A DNA stretch of 64,000 nt from Candidatus Sumerlaeaceae bacterium (GTDB lineage: Bacteria; Sumerlaeota; Sumerlaeia; Sumerlaeales; Sumerlaeaceae), in contig JBPCLP010000042.1 in NCBI GenBank assembly GCA_051003195.1, forward strand, positions 1 through 64,000, read 5' to 3'. Shown piece after piece: positions 27,950 through 38,231 of this stretch. The translations under genes were made by a program, and so were the position numbers. The notes under the pieces are model-generated. The model did no database searches. It was not told the origin of the DNA and saw nothing but the letters and a program-made list of their open reading frames with translations. The first letter of the stretch is position 1; every line of letters starts with the position of its first letter.

Positions 27950-29550
27950 TTTCCCGCCTCGACGATGTCCAGCATGCGGCGGAGAGTCTCGAGCGTGTCG
28001 GCCTCCTCGGCGGGTTTATCCTGTCGCCAACGGAGAATCCGCGGAAAGCGCACAGCAATTTTGGATTTGTTGCGCGTGCTGTGTTGCAACCCCTCGAAGC
28101 CAAGTTCAAACACGAGCACGGGTTTAACCTGCCGTACGGGCCCAAAACGTTCGAGCGTATTTCGGCGGATAAACGCGTCAACGTCGCGGATTTCGCGATC
28201 AGTCAGACCGCTGTAAGCTTTCGCAATCGTGACGAGTTCGCCCTCGTTCCAGACTCCAAAGGTGTAGTCCGTGTAGAGCTCCGCGCGTTTGCCACTTCCG
28301 CGTTGCGCGTAGATCAGCACTGCATCCATCGTGTAAGGATCGATCTTCCACTTCCACCAGTCACCACGTACGCGGCCTACACCATAGGGCGACGAGCGCC
28401 GTTTTAGCATTAATCCTTCCGCATAGTTTTCGCGTGAGCTTTCGCGCAGCCGGGCAAGATCGCTCCAGCCCTCCGCATTTTGAATCGGTGACAAGTGAAA
28501 CACTTCGTTGTCACCAAGCCCGAGAGTGATTTCCTCCAGCATGGCACGGCGTTGATCCATGCTGGTGTGGCGGATATCCTCGCCATTGGCTTCCATGATG
28601 TCATAGGCGAGAAAAGCAACCGGCACCTCCCGCATAATCCTGGCGTCGACTGTTTTGCGTGTGATGCGTCGCTGAAGATGCTGGAATGGGCCGGGACGAT
28701 TATCGCGCCATGCGACGATTTCACCATCGAGCACCGTTCCGTCAGGCAGCAGCGGACCAATCCCAGATATTTCCGGGAAACGGTCGGTGATGAGGTCTTC
28801 ACCGCGTGACCAGATCAGCACATACTCGCCGCGGTGGATGAACTGCGACCGAATGCCGTCCCACTTCCATTCCGCCTGGAACTCGTGCACGTCGCCCAGA
28901 TCGCAAGGTTCGAAATCCAGTGGATACGCCAGGTAGAATGGGTAGGGCTGGCTTGGGTCGGCTGTTACGGTTTCGCCGCTCATGAGACGATTGTAATCTT
29001 CTTCCGTCGGGCGCCAGTGACCCATCAGCCGATGCGCCATGATGCCGGGCTCGATGCCCGCAACACCTGCAAGTGCGCGTACAACCAACGTACGTGCAAC
29101 TCCGACGCGCCACGCACCGGAGATGAGCTTATGCCAGACAAGGCGCTGGCTGCTGTCCATCTCCGACCAGGTCTGCACCACGATTTTGCGCTTCTCACTT
29201 TCGGGAACAGCGGCAATTCGCATGATGCTTTCTTCAGCGACGCAATGCAGAGGCTCGTCGGTACCGCGAGGGTTATCCGGCAAAAGCAGCGCGAGAGCTT
29301 CGGCAAGGTCACCCACTGCTGAGTAACATTCGTCGACAAGCCAGAGGGGGAAACCGGTTTCTTCCGAAACCCACATGCGCAGGAGCGGTGTGTTGACCGC
29401 TCGCGCAATCCGGGCGCCGGACAGGAAGAACAACCCCCATGCGGCATCGCGTCGCGGCACTTCGCTGAAATAGCGATGCAGCGCCGCGACCTTCTCGTTG
29501 GTGCGGTTTGTGGCGTCGAGTTCGAAGAACAGCTGGGTGAAACGGCGCAT
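27946..29550 (-). CDS. ATP-dependent DNA ligase
   Basis: EWKWDGIR (KxDG), LDGE, EGLMLK, WWKWK, RFPRI. Confidence 0.95.
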   Translation of the reverse strand: MRRFTQLFFELDATNRTNEKVAALHRYFSEVPRRDAAWGLFFLSGARIARAVNTPLLRMWVSEETGFPLWLVDECYSAVGDLAEALALLLPDNPRGTDEPLHCVAEESIMRIAAVPESEKRKIVVQTWSEMDSSQRLVWHKLISGAWRVGVARTLVVRALAGVAGIEPGIMAHRLMGHWRPTEEDYNRLMSGETVTADPSQPYPFYLAYPLDFEPCDLGDVHEFQAEWKWDGIRSQFIHRGEYVLIWSRGEDLITDRFPEISGIGPLLPDGTVLDGEIVAWRDNRPGPFQHLQRRITRKTVDARIMREVPVAFLAYDIMEANGEDIRHTSMDQRRAMLEEITLGLGDNEVFHLSPIQNAEGWSDLARLRESSRENYAEGLMLKRRSSPYGVGRVRGDWWKWKIDPYTMDAVLIYAQRGSGKRAELYTDYTFGVWNEGELVTIAKAYSGLTDREIRDVDAFIRRNTLERFGPVRQVKPVLVFELGFEGLQHSTRNKSKIAVRFPRILRWRQDKPAEEADTLETLRRMLDIVEAGK

Positions 29551-29556
29551 GGCGAA

Positions 29557-30633
29557 TCAGTGGCCCGAATGTTCCGGCAATTCTCCCGGAGTCGGGCCTT
29601 CGAGAGCCTGCTCCAATGCTGCTTCTTCGGCGTCGTCATCGTCGGCGCCTTCGCCGCGGTACCGCGTCGGAACGATAAAAGCATCCGTGCTTTTCTCTTC
29701 GCGCAGGTACTTGACCAGTGCGTGCGTGTAGCCATGCGTGACTCCCACGCGCTCCGCACCGGTGGCTTCAATCGCCTCGAGAAGCCCGTTCCAATCTGCA
29801 TGGTCCGAGAGGATAAATCCACGGTCAAGCGCTCGGCGGCGGCGTGCGCCGCGAATTGCCATCCACCCTGATGCAAACGCCTGGGATGCCGGGCCAAACT
29901 TTTTCAGCCACGGCGAATTCGCGGCAGAGGGCGGAGCAATAATCATCGCACGACCACGTGCTGCTTTCGCGTTGTCCTTACCGGCCCGTTCGACAGGAGG
30001 CAGCGCAATGCCTTCTGTCGCGTATGGCTCGATGAATCGCTCCACCGCGCCGTGAACCTGGATGGGCCCGATACTCGGGTCTAAGCCTGCGAGAACGCGT
30101 TGCGCCTTACCAAGTGCATAGGCATAGACGATACTGACGCGGCCACGCTCCTGGTTGGAGCGCCACCATGAGTTCATGTCCGCAAAGATGTCGTCGTCCT
30201 TTTTCCAACGAAAGATCGGAATGCCGAAGGTCGATTCACTGATGAAGGTGTGGCAGCGCACCGGTTCGAACGTGTCGCAGGTGCAATCACCGACGGTCTT
30301 GTAATCACCACTGGCCACCCAAACCTCGCCGTTGTACTCGACGCGCACCTGTGCAGAACCGAGGATATGGCCTGCAGGGTGAAACGAAATCTTTACGCCA
30401 TTGATATCCAGTTGCCGGGCAAACGGCGCTGTTTCGATGATCGCATCTGGCCCGACTCGTTCGCGAAGCACGCCGCGGCCACGCTCGCTGGTGAGATAAC
30501 TTTTGCAGTTCCACGTCGCGTGGTCTGTGTGCGCGTGCGTGACCACCGCACGATTGACCGGCCGCCACGGATCGATATAGAAATCACCCGCGGCGCAATA
30601 GAGGCCGAATTCGGTAGGGAGAAGCAGCGGCAT
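29557..30633 (-). CDS. Ligase-associated DNA damage response exonuclease (MBL/beta-CASP-like)
   Basis: FYIDPW, THAHTDH, AGHILGS, ESTFG, LSDHADW, THG; acidic C-terminal tail. Confidence 0.92.
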   Translation of the reverse strand: MPLLLPTEFGLYCAAGDFYIDPWRPVNRAVVTHAHTDHATWNCKSYLTSERGRGVLRERVGPDAIIETAPFARQLDINGVKISFHPAGHILGSAQVRVEYNGEVWVASGDYKTVGDCTCDTFEPVRCHTFISESTFGIPIFRWKKDDDIFADMNSWWRSNQERGRVSIVYAYALGKAQRVLAGLDPSIGPIQVHGAVERFIEPYATEGIALPPVERAGKDNAKAARGRAMIIAPPSAANSPWLKKFGPASQAFASGWMAIRGARRRRALDRGFILSDHADWNGLLEAIEATGAERVGVTHGYTHALVKYLREEKSTDAFIVPTRYRGEGADDDDAEEAALEQALEGPTPGELPEHSGH

Positions 30634-30744
30634 CAGGTGCCCGCTTGAGTAGCATCTTCTGTGCTTAATAGAACGATTAGAAGCGTACGCGGGTCCATGA
30701 GCCTGCGGTTGCGCCAGCGAATTGCACTCATGTCGTCCCAGTTC

Positions 30745-32043
30745 TCAAAAGGCCAGCGTTCCGCCCGGTCGCGCTGTTGTTCGAGGTGCAAGAACGACCA
30801 ACGCGTTTCCGAGGCGATGGCGAACGGCAGCGACGGTACCAGTGGACTCAAGATGTAGAGATCCAGAACTTACTCCTGCCGCGGTGGACCCAGTTGACCT
30901 TGTGGTGGCTGCATCGGAGGCCTTTGGTGGCGGCTTGTGAATCGAAATGTCCGCCAGGCGCGCCTCGCGGGGCGGCAATGCAGGCAGTGGGGCACTGGGA
31001 ATATTTTCGTACCAGAAGGTGGCACAGGACCAGTCATCGGAACGCTCGTACAGCCCACCCTTCTGTATTCCAATCTGCTGTATGGTGACGCGACAGCTCT
31101 TCTTCCAGTAAACGGGATCTGGCAGATGCCAGCGGTACATGGTTATGAAGCCGTCCTGGTTCAGCGCCGTTCCGTGATAAAGATAGGGTCGCTCCTGCAC
31201 ACCGTAGGACTGGCAGACGTAGTCCTCGGCGCCTGTTCCGCAAATGGTCGGGAACTCGGAGTCCCCATCCATGAAGAACTTGATCTCGCCTTCGCCCCAC
31301 CAGCGCTTTGTGTCCAGGCTGCGAACGCCCATGAGGCAGCCGACAAACCGACCGGCACCAGTACGCTTCGGCAGCAGCTCGAAATCCTGGGTCAGCGTCG
31401 TCGGATTTTCGCGGCGAAACAGTGTATGCAGCCGGCCTACGTTTTTCGCATGGCGCTCACCGAGCGTGTAATCCACCTGGTAGTACAGGCCAAGTGACGT
31501 CGGCCCATCGTTGGAAATGGTGATGCGCGCGTTGCGGGTAAATGGCATCGGCAGCCAGAGGTTCAGGGCGGCATTGTCACCCACCGAATGCACAGCGGAC
31601 TGGTAGGGCGCTACATTGCAGTGCGCGATACCCATCCAATCGCCCAATGGACATTCGATGCTGGGATGTTCCTGGCCGTCCCAGTAGGCACGGACGATCG
31701 TTGAACGCAACTGGCTGGGATGTCGGTGCGGGCTTCCGGTCATCCAGATGTGGCGGATGGTTCCCGGGCCGTCGATTTCTGCAAGGGTGACCGTGGTGTC
31801 CGGCAGGATAAAGCTTTGCGGAGCGCCTTTGCGCCCAATGCCCAGCGGACTCGAAGTCTGGCCGCCTTCGCCCGGTGCACCGGTTGGATTTTCCCAGGAG
31901 ATCGAACGGGAAACAACCGAAACATCGATTTTATATAAAGGCGGCAAATCCAGTGTCGATGTGGGTTGCGCGCCCGCGCAAACTGCTATGCAAACGCTGA
32001 GCGCAGCGAGAGTGAAACGCCTCACACATAGAGTGTTGGTCAT
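30745..32043 (-). CDS. Secreted DUF2961 / GH172-family glycoside hydrolase
   Basis: Signal peptide; SRSISWENPTG, GPGTIRHIWMT, WWGEGE, GTGAEDY, YRWH..DP. Confidence 0.85.
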   Translation of the reverse strand: MTNTLCVRRFTLAALSVCIAVCAGAQPTSTLDLPPLYKIDVSVVSRSISWENPTGAPGEGGQTSSPLGIGRKGAPQSFILPDTTVTLAEIDGPGTIRHIWMTGSPHRHPSQLRSTIVRAYWDGQEHPSIECPLGDWMGIAHCNVAPYQSAVHSVGDNAALNLWLPMPFTRNARITISNDGPTSLGLYYQVDYTLGERHAKNVGRLHTLFRRENPTTLTQDFELLPKRTGAGRFVGCLMGVRSLDTKRWWGEGEIKFFMDGDSEFPTICGTGAEDYVCQSYGVQERPYLYHGTALNQDGFITMYRWHLPDPVYWKKSCRVTIQQIGIQKGGLYERSDDWSCATFWYENIPSAPLPALPPREARLADISIHKPPPKASDAATTRSTGSTAAGVSSGSLHLESTGTVAAVRHRLGNALVVLAPRTTARPGGTLAF

Positions 32044-32174
32044 AGTCAGCAACGTGCTGCTGAGTGGCTGGATTGCCAGAGATTTGTGTGCGCTTTTTTT
32101 GGCGATTTAATCCCGTGTTGAGGTAGAAAGGCGGTTGGGAATTGTAGTTCATACGGCCGACCGTTTGATCCATC

Positions 32175-32328
32175 TGTGGAACGTTCTTCGGCCCGGACCA
32201 TTAGCCTGCGACCGGGCTTATCCACAATTTTTTCACAGCTACCTCAAATTAACGGTTGACGTTCACTAAATGCGCCTCTTACCTTCCCGGCCATGTTGTC
32301 GGGTATCGTGAGCAGCACCATGATACCC
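32175..32328 (+). promoter_or_regulatory. Putative xer promoter with tandem DnaA boxes and a leader hairpin
   Basis: TTATCCACA 32218-32226, TTTTTCACA 32229-32237, TTGACG 32256-32261, TACCTT 32280-32285, hairpin GGGTATCGTG/CATGATACCC 32301-32328. Confidence 0.5.
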
Positions 32329-32357
32329 TTACCCGTTGATCCTGTGGAGGAACTACA

Positions 32358-33269
32358 ATGTCGCTGCTGCTGTCTGCCGTAATGGCTGAGTTCGACGTAT
32401 ATTTAAAGGTCGAACGCAACCTGTCCCCTTCAACCCGTGAAGCATATCAGTTCGATTTGCAGAAGTTTAAGGAGTTCCTGATTCGTGCGCAGGGCGCTGA
32501 GCCGTCCGCGGACAAAATCACGACTCAGCAGATAAAAGATTATCTGCAGCACCTGCAAACCAACCGCGGGTACAAAAGCACTACGCTTTCGCGCGTCATT
32601 GCGTCGATTCGCGTTCTGTTTGAATTCTGCGTGTCGCAGAAAAAACTGGATGCCAGCCCCGCTGCGTACATCCACAACCCCAAGCTGCCGCGCAAGCTGC
32701 CGATCTACCTGGTCGACAGCGAGTTGAAACGGTTGCTGAATGCTCCCGATCCGAAAGACGTGAATGGCTGCCGGGATTTCGCTATCCTGGTAACGCTGGG
32801 CTTTACGGGCATGCGTCGGCAGGAGCTGGTCGGGCTGAACGTCAAGTCGATCGACCTGGAGCGTCGCAGCATTAAAGTGCTGGGCAAGGGATCGAAGGAG
32901 CGGTTGATCCCGATGAACGAATTCGTCATGAAGGCACTCAACAGCTACCTCGAAGTTCGTCCGGCTACGGGCGATCCGGAGGCAGTATTCCTGAATCGCA
33001 ACGGCGGGCGGCTGACAGGCCGTTCAATCGTGAACATCGTTCGCAAGTACGTCCGCAAGGCAGGTATCGGTAAGGATAAGATCAGCCCGCACAAGCTGCG
33101 CCATACGTTTGCGACTCTGCTGCACATGAACGAAGTGGATATCCTGGAGATCAAAAGCCTGCTGGGACACGCGTCCATCACCTCCACTCAGATCTACACG
33201 CACACAAATGCGGGCAAGCTGCGGACCGCCGTTGACCGGTTGAACCACTTCAGCGTGGGAGAGAGTTGA
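32358..33269 (+). CDS. xerC: Tyrosine recombinase XerC/XerD
   Basis: ERNLSPST..AY..DL, GMRRQEL, GKGSKER, SPHKLRHTFAT, LLGHASITSTQIYTH; GGAGG RBS; XerC versus XerD not resolved. Confidence 0.85.
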   Translation: MSLLLSAVMAEFDVYLKVERNLSPSTREAYQFDLQKFKEFLIRAQGAEPSADKITTQQIKDYLQHLQTNRGYKSTTLSRVIASIRVLFEFCVSQKKLDASPAAYIHNPKLPRKLPIYLVDSELKRLLNAPDPKDVNGCRDFAILVTLGFTGMRRQELVGLNVKSIDLERRSIKVLGKGSKERLIPMNEFVMKALNSYLEVRPATGDPEAVFLNRNGGRLTGRSIVNIVRKYVRKAGIGKDKISPHKLRHTFATLLHMNEVDILEIKSLLGHASITSTQIYTHTNAGKLRTAVDRLNHFSVGES

Positions 33270-34171
33270 GGGTACTTGTAACCGGCAGCTCTGGTTTCCT
33301 GGGCTGGCATCTGGTGCGGCACCTGGAGCGCATGGGCGCTGAGGTGCACGGGACTTATGTTTTGAATCGTCCGGCGTTTGAGCGAGCCGAGGTGCATCGC
33401 CTGGACATTCGTGAAGCGGGAGAGTGCGAGGCCTTGCTGGCCCGCCTCTCCCCTTCTCATTTAGTGCATACGGCTGCAATGAGCCAGACGGCAGATTGCG
33501 AGCGGGACCCGGCCATGGCGCGCGCGATTAATGTGCAGGGAACAGCAAACCTTCTGGCTGCTGCGTCTCGTGTGGGGGATGCTCCCCCGCATTTTGTGCA
33601 CGTGTCGACCGACCTTGTGTTCGACGGCAAGTGGAGCGATTACGATGAAACCGCGGCACCGAATCCCATCCAGGTGTATGGCGATACGAAGCTGCAGGCG
33701 GAAGAACTGGTGATCGAAAGCAAACTCACATGGGCCATTTTGCGAAGTGCCTTGATATTTGGAGCGGAGTCGCCGTTTCATTCTTCTTTTCTGCAATGGA
33801 TGCTGAAGCTGTTGCGCAGAGAAAGCAGCGGTAAATTGTTCGTGGACGAGTATCGGTCGCCTGTCTGGGTCGAGGACCTCTGCCATGCAATTCACCTTGT
33901 TGGCTCGCAAATGGTTAGCGGCCTGTATCATTGTAGCGGGACACAGCGGCTTTCGCGATGGGAGTTCGGCAGGCTGGTCGGGCAAGTCTATGGTTTAGGT
34001 GTTGATGAGTCGCTGAAGGGCACTCGCGCACAGAGCGGACTGGAGTCGACGCGGCCGGCCGACGTGAGTTTAAATTCTTCGAACCTGGCGAATGCCGTCG
34101 GATGGCGCGCCACGGATTGCGAGTCAGCGTTACGGCAGATCGCGAGCGGGAAGTCCGAGGCTGGATATTAG
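33266..34171 (+). CDS. RmlD-like SDR (dTDP-4-dehydrorhamnose reductase family)
   Basis: TGSSGFLG, STDLVFDG, YGDTK, DEYRSP. Confidence 0.85.
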   Translation: MRVLVTGSSGFLGWHLVRHLERMGAEVHGTYVLNRPAFERAEVHRLDIREAGECEALLARLSPSHLVHTAAMSQTADCERDPAMARAINVQGTANLLAAASRVGDAPPHFVHVSTDLVFDGKWSDYDETAAPNPIQVYGDTKLQAEELVIESKLTWAILRSALIFGAESPFHSSFLQWMLKLLRRESSGKLFVDEYRSPVWVEDLCHAIHLVGSQMVSGLYHCSGTQRLSRWEFGRLVGQVYGLGVDESLKGTRAQSGLESTRPADVSLNSSNLANAVGWRATDCESALRQIASGKSEAGY

Positions 34172-34172
34172 A

Positions 34173-35675
34173 CTAGCGCTTCCTATAAATGACCAGGTCA
34201 GTTCTTCCTGGAATGCGAGCGGCTTCATCAAAGTTGGCGCGCAGAAGCTGCCAGTATTCCAAAGTGCGGTGCTGGCCGAATGCAGCGGTCACAAACCACA
34301 CGGCGCGACCCCGTTCGAGTAGCATTCCCAGCCCATCTGCCCGGTCCAGATGGTGCTGCTTGCGCGTCGCATCCTCAACGAGCAACGGCGCCTGTGCTTT
34401 CACGCCCGCCGTATTAGCGTACAGCCGATAAACTTCGTATTCGGAGTTGGGGCCGGTGAGTACAATGTCATTTGGTCCGGCGTGCTCTCGCAGGTATTCA
34501 GCAGCGCCCCACCAGTCCTGGAGCGGTGTTTTCGCACGATTGCGGGCAGGACCCACGAGTACTGTTACGACAAGCACGCTGCACACGAGTAAGGCGACTT
34601 GCGAAGCGCTGCGGCTGCCCCTCAATCGCATGAAGTTGAACGCACGCTGAACCAGAAAACCCGCGGAAATGATGCTGCACAATACCAGCGCGTAAAAGTA
34701 TCTCGGAGCCGCAAAGAATCGGCTGCAGAGCACAGCCAGAAGCAGGACTGATCCTAAGGTGGTGCACAGACCGAGTAGTCCCTGGAAACGGGCGGGCGTC
34801 CGCCGAACAAACAGCAGCGGCAAAGCAAGGGCGGTGTTAATAAGAAGCAGCTGCAGAACTGGCTTCTGCTCCAGCATTCTTCGCAATATATACGAAAGTT
34901 CCACATTGCCGCGAACCGTTGCCGCTGTTCCGGCACCGCTTGCTTTCATCGCGTAAAACCACAGCGCGATGTACGCCCCGTGGAGAACGGCCGTTGTAAT
35001 CAGCAGGATCAGTACACTGCCGGACCCTCGGCCCTGTTGGGATCGCATGCCGCGTAGTACAAGCAACGCTATCAGCAGGCAGCCTGTCCACAGCGTGTGC
35101 ATCGGATTGACGAGCATACCGATCGTAGATGCTCCCACGAACAAAAGATGGACCCGTACCGAGTGAGTGCGCTCCTGCATAACTGCCCATATCAGCCGCC
35201 ACTGAACGATAGAGATAAGCACCAGCCACGCGTATCCTCGGGCTCCCGTGTAGAACTCGATCAGCAGAGGAAGCAGTGCCGCGCCGAGGGCTGAGATGCT
35301 GGCACCGAAGAATCCCGCGCGACGTCTCAGCCAGGCAAAGAGCAGCGCGCAACTGAGTGCGCCCGCAGCAATGCCCGGCAGACGAAGCCAGAACTCGCCA
35401 CCCATCGGGCGGGCAAGTTTAGCAAACATGCCGTCCAACAGGTACATCAGTGGACCGGGACCTGGATCCTGTAAAGCGTAGCCAAGTATGCTGTGCCCGA
35501 ACGGGCGCGCATTTCCGAGAAACCCGGTTTTGTAAAAAGGAAGTCGCGCAATGTCGTAAGTTACCAGCTCGTCAATCCAAAGGCTGCGGTGCAGCAGGGA
35601 GCCGCTGCAAACGAGGAGGCAGATTAACGCGAAACCGATCGGCGGAACAATTCGGTTGAGCACTCCTGCCTGCAC
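34173..35675 (-). CDS. GT-C fold (PMT/ArnT-like) membrane glycosyltransferase
   Basis: SLWIDE after TM1, P.P..Y, LRLP, ARGY, PRY, DWWGAAEYL. Confidence 0.75.
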   Translation of the reverse strand: MQAGVLNRIVPPIGFALICLLVCSGSLLHRSLWIDELVTYDIARLPFYKTGFLGNARPFGHSILGYALQDPGPGPLMYLLDGMFAKLARPMGGEFWLRLPGIAAGALSCALLFAWLRRRAGFFGASISALGAALLPLLIEFYTGARGYAWLVLISIVQWRLIWAVMQERTHSVRVHLLFVGASTIGMLVNPMHTLWTGCLLIALLVLRGMRSQQGRGSGSVLILLITTAVLHGAYIALWFYAMKASGAGTAATVRGNVELSYILRRMLEQKPVLQLLLINTALALPLLFVRRTPARFQGLLGLCTTLGSVLLLAVLCSRFFAAPRYFYALVLCSIISAGFLVQRAFNFMRLRGSRSASQVALLVCSVLVVTVLVGPARNRAKTPLQDWWGAAEYLREHAGPNDIVLTGPNSEYEVYRLYANTAGVKAQAPLLVEDATRKQHHLDRADGLGMLLERGRAVWFVTAAFGQHRTLEYWQLLRANFDEAARIPGRTDLVIYRKR

Positions 35676-35680
35676 GAGCT

Positions 35681-36625
35681 TCAGCCCGCGCTAAGCTGCT
35701 GTCGATAGTACTCAACGGTGCGACGGAGACCTTCGTGAAAGCCCACGGTGACCTCGTAGCCGATGCTTTTCTGTGCCCTGGAAATATCGGCGAGCGAATG
35801 CTTCACATCGCCCTTGCGCGGAGGCGCGAAGATCGGCTGTATCTCTGTGCCGAGGATGGCGTTGATCTCGGCAAGAAGATCCAGCAGGCTGTAGGATCGA
35901 CCGCAGGCGACGTTCATCACCTTTCCAGCGGCGTTAGGCGCCTTGGCAGCGAGCAGGTTAGCGCGCACGTTGTTCTCAACGTAGGTGAAGTCACGAGACT
36001 GCTTCCCGTCGCCGTAAATCGTGGGGCTTTCGCCACGAAGACACTTGGTTACAAACTGCGGAATGACAGCACTGTATTCGCTGTTTGGATCTTGCCGCGG
36101 GCCGAACACATTGAAGTACCGCAAAGAGACGGTTTCCAGGCCATAGCAATCGTAGAAAGACTTGAGGTAATACTCACCGGTGAGCTTAGCTACGGCGTAG
36201 GGTGACTTGGGTGCGGGCAAAAGTTTTTCCGTTTTAACCAGGGCCTTCTGATCACCGTATGCCGACGACGAAGCCGCGTACACCACGCGCTTTACGCCTG
36301 CATCGACACAAGCCTTGAGCAGCGCGACTGTGCCGTCTACATTGATTCGATTGGACGTCAGCGGGTCCTCGACGCTGCGCTGCACACTGGGAAGAGCAGC
36401 CTGGTGCAAAACATAACGCACGCCATCCAAAGCCTGTCGAACTACTTTGTCGTCAAGCAGGTCCCCCTCGAACAGCTCTACCTTATCCGCAAAGCCGGCG
36501 ATATTCGCGCGGCTGCCGGTGCTTAGATTATCCAGAAGCCGAACGGTCTTGCCAGTATTGACCAGGAATTCGGCGATATTAGAGCCGATAAATCCACAGC
36601 CACCGGTTACGAGGTATGTCGACAT
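35681..36625 (-). CDS. NAD-dependent sugar epimerase (UDP-Glc/GlcNAc 4-epimerase, WbpP-like)
   Basis: TGGCGFIG, HQAALPSV, SSSAYG, YAVAK, RYFNVFGPRQ, GDGKQSRDF. Confidence 0.9.
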   Translation of the reverse strand: MSTYLVTGGCGFIGSNIAEFLVNTGKTVRLLDNLSTGSRANIAGFADKVELFEGDLLDDKVVRQALDGVRYVLHQAALPSVQRSVEDPLTSNRINVDGTVALLKACVDAGVKRVVYAASSSAYGDQKALVKTEKLLPAPKSPYAVAKLTGEYYLKSFYDCYGLETVSLRYFNVFGPRQDPNSEYSAVIPQFVTKCLRGESPTIYGDGKQSRDFTYVENNVRANLLAAKAPNAAGKVMNVACGRSYSLLDLLAEINAILGTEIQPIFAPPRKGDVKHSLADISRAQKSIGYEVTVGFHEGLRRTVEYYRQQLSAG

Positions 36626-36705
36626 CTTATGAGGGGTTACTGCCTTTCTATACACATGGAGCAGTGTTGACGTTGATGAGCCGCTGGAACCCTGCAATTA
36701 AAATG

Positions 36706-38103
36706 TCAGAGCTGGCGGATGCGGGCCCCATCACCTGGCCGGCATTCGAGGATGCAGGTATCTGGTTGCACACCGGCAAGGGTTTGTTCGGGCAGACGGC
36801 TGAAGTGCTCCTTCCAGAGCCATTCTGAAAACTGACCCGTTTCTGAAGCCTTTACCATGGCAACAATGGAACCTCCAAAACCTGCGCCTGTAATCCGGGC
36901 GGCGAGTGCACCACACTTGAGTGCGGCTGCCGTGAGCTCCTCGATTTGCGGAGTGGAGATCTCGTACAGGTCGCGACAGGACTGGTGCGATTCGGTCATG
37001 GCAGCGGCCGCTGCCGCTACATTGCCACCAGACAGTGCAGCCGCACAACGCTGAACGCGCCCGGCCTCTGCCAGTACGTGTGCTGCACGCTGATAAGGCT
37101 TAAACCCCGAAAACCCATTCCAGTAATCATCGTTAGCAGGCGGGAGCATCTTGGCGCGCAAGAGCTCATCGCAATCGGACCCGAGTACTGCGCGTAGTTC
37201 ATCGAGGGACCATGGCTCCTGGTGGATCGCATCGCGGGCGCAAGCCACCGCAAGACCGCTATCCCCTTCAAATGCATTGAGGACATCTCTCAGAAACTGC
37301 CAGTCGCGAGCTGCAGCGGCATCCTTCAGTTTGGGTCCGCATGATTTTTCGTCCGCGAGTATATGCCGCTTCATCAGTTCGACCGCACACTGGCATTCAA
37401 ACGTGCGGCGGTTATAATGGAACCGTGCGTTGCCGGATTTCGCGGCACGCTGCAGACTGTCGACAGCGAAGAAAACGATCCCATCCGGTATGGAGACTTC
37501 GGTGGTACGTACGGGATCAAAGTCGATCAGTAATGCTTTATGCTCACGGCCCAGCAGAATGGTTGCCTGGTCCATGCCACCACTGGCAGTACCCACGTAA
37601 CGTTCCGCCAGTCGCATGGCCTCCGGTTCGTCGGCGCGTTCCAGCCGCACTCCATTTACTGCGCACAGCGAGAGGTACGCGCCTACCACGGTTGCAGAGG
37701 ACGAGCTGAGCCCAGCGGCGGGTGGCAGGTCCGATGCGATCAGGGCGTCGTATCCCTCCGGTTCTCGGCCAAGCCGTTGTTGAAGGACCGGCCATGCATA
37801 TTGGACGGCAGCTTTAACATAGTTCGTCGAATCGCCCATTGTTCCTTTGGGAATGTCAGCAGCGCCTTCAAACTCTGCGGGATGGTAGCGACTGCTGGAA
37901 TTCTGGATCCGCACACGTGCCGATCCGGAGGGCCGCACCAGGAAATTCAAGCCGTGGTTAATTGCCATTGGCAACACGGGCAGCATATTATAGTCGGTGT
38001 GCTCGCCAATGAGGTTTACACGGCCCGGGCTAATCACGTGATGCGTCGGAGAAGCTGAGAAGCGAATTCGAAATTCGTCCTGGAGTTCGGAAAGGTTGAT
38101 CAT
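36706..38103 (-). CDS. galK: Galactokinase / GalNAc kinase (GHMP family)
   Basis: PGRVNLIGEHTDYN, PPAAGLSSS, GGMDQ, ARITGAGFGG. Confidence 0.88.
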   Translation of the reverse strand: MINLSELQDEFRIRFSASPTHHVISPGRVNLIGEHTDYNMLPVLPMAINHGLNFLVRPSGSARVRIQNSSSRYHPAEFEGAADIPKGTMGDSTNYVKAAVQYAWPVLQQRLGREPEGYDALIASDLPPAAGLSSSSATVVGAYLSLCAVNGVRLERADEPEAMRLAERYVGTASGGMDQATILLGREHKALLIDFDPVRTTEVSIPDGIVFFAVDSLQRAAKSGNARFHYNRRTFECQCAVELMKRHILADEKSCGPKLKDAAAARDWQFLRDVLNAFEGDSGLAVACARDAIHQEPWSLDELRAVLGSDCDELLRAKMLPPANDDYWNGFSGFKPYQRAAHVLAEAGRVQRCAAALSGGNVAAAAAAMTESHQSCRDLYEISTPQIEELTAAALKCGALAARITGAGFGGSIVAMVKASETGQFSEWLWKEHFSRLPEQTLAGVQPDTCILECRPGDGARIRQL

Positions 38104-38231
38104 CGGAATGGGTTTCCGGTTCAGAATTGCGCATAGCAAATCTGAAAAGTCGCCCAGGCGCATATTGCATTCAGTCCTTCCAGCTCAGAGAAGGTGGGAG
38201 TCGATAATGTTTTGCTCCATGGTACTCGAGC

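Noticed and set aside
30633..30940. Frameshift or separate small gene at the GH172 C-terminus
   Set aside because: The main ORF is continuous and the catalytic domain looks complete; overlapping short ORFs have no recognisable motif
32100..32357. oriC
   Set aside because: Only two good DnaA boxes, no clear AT-rich unwinding element, no dnaA/dnaN/gidA nearby; not fully excluded without GC-skew analysis
32358..33269. Prophage or island integrase
   Set aside because: Length and motifs match housekeeping XerC/D; overlaps an SDR gene; no phage genes or att repeats seen
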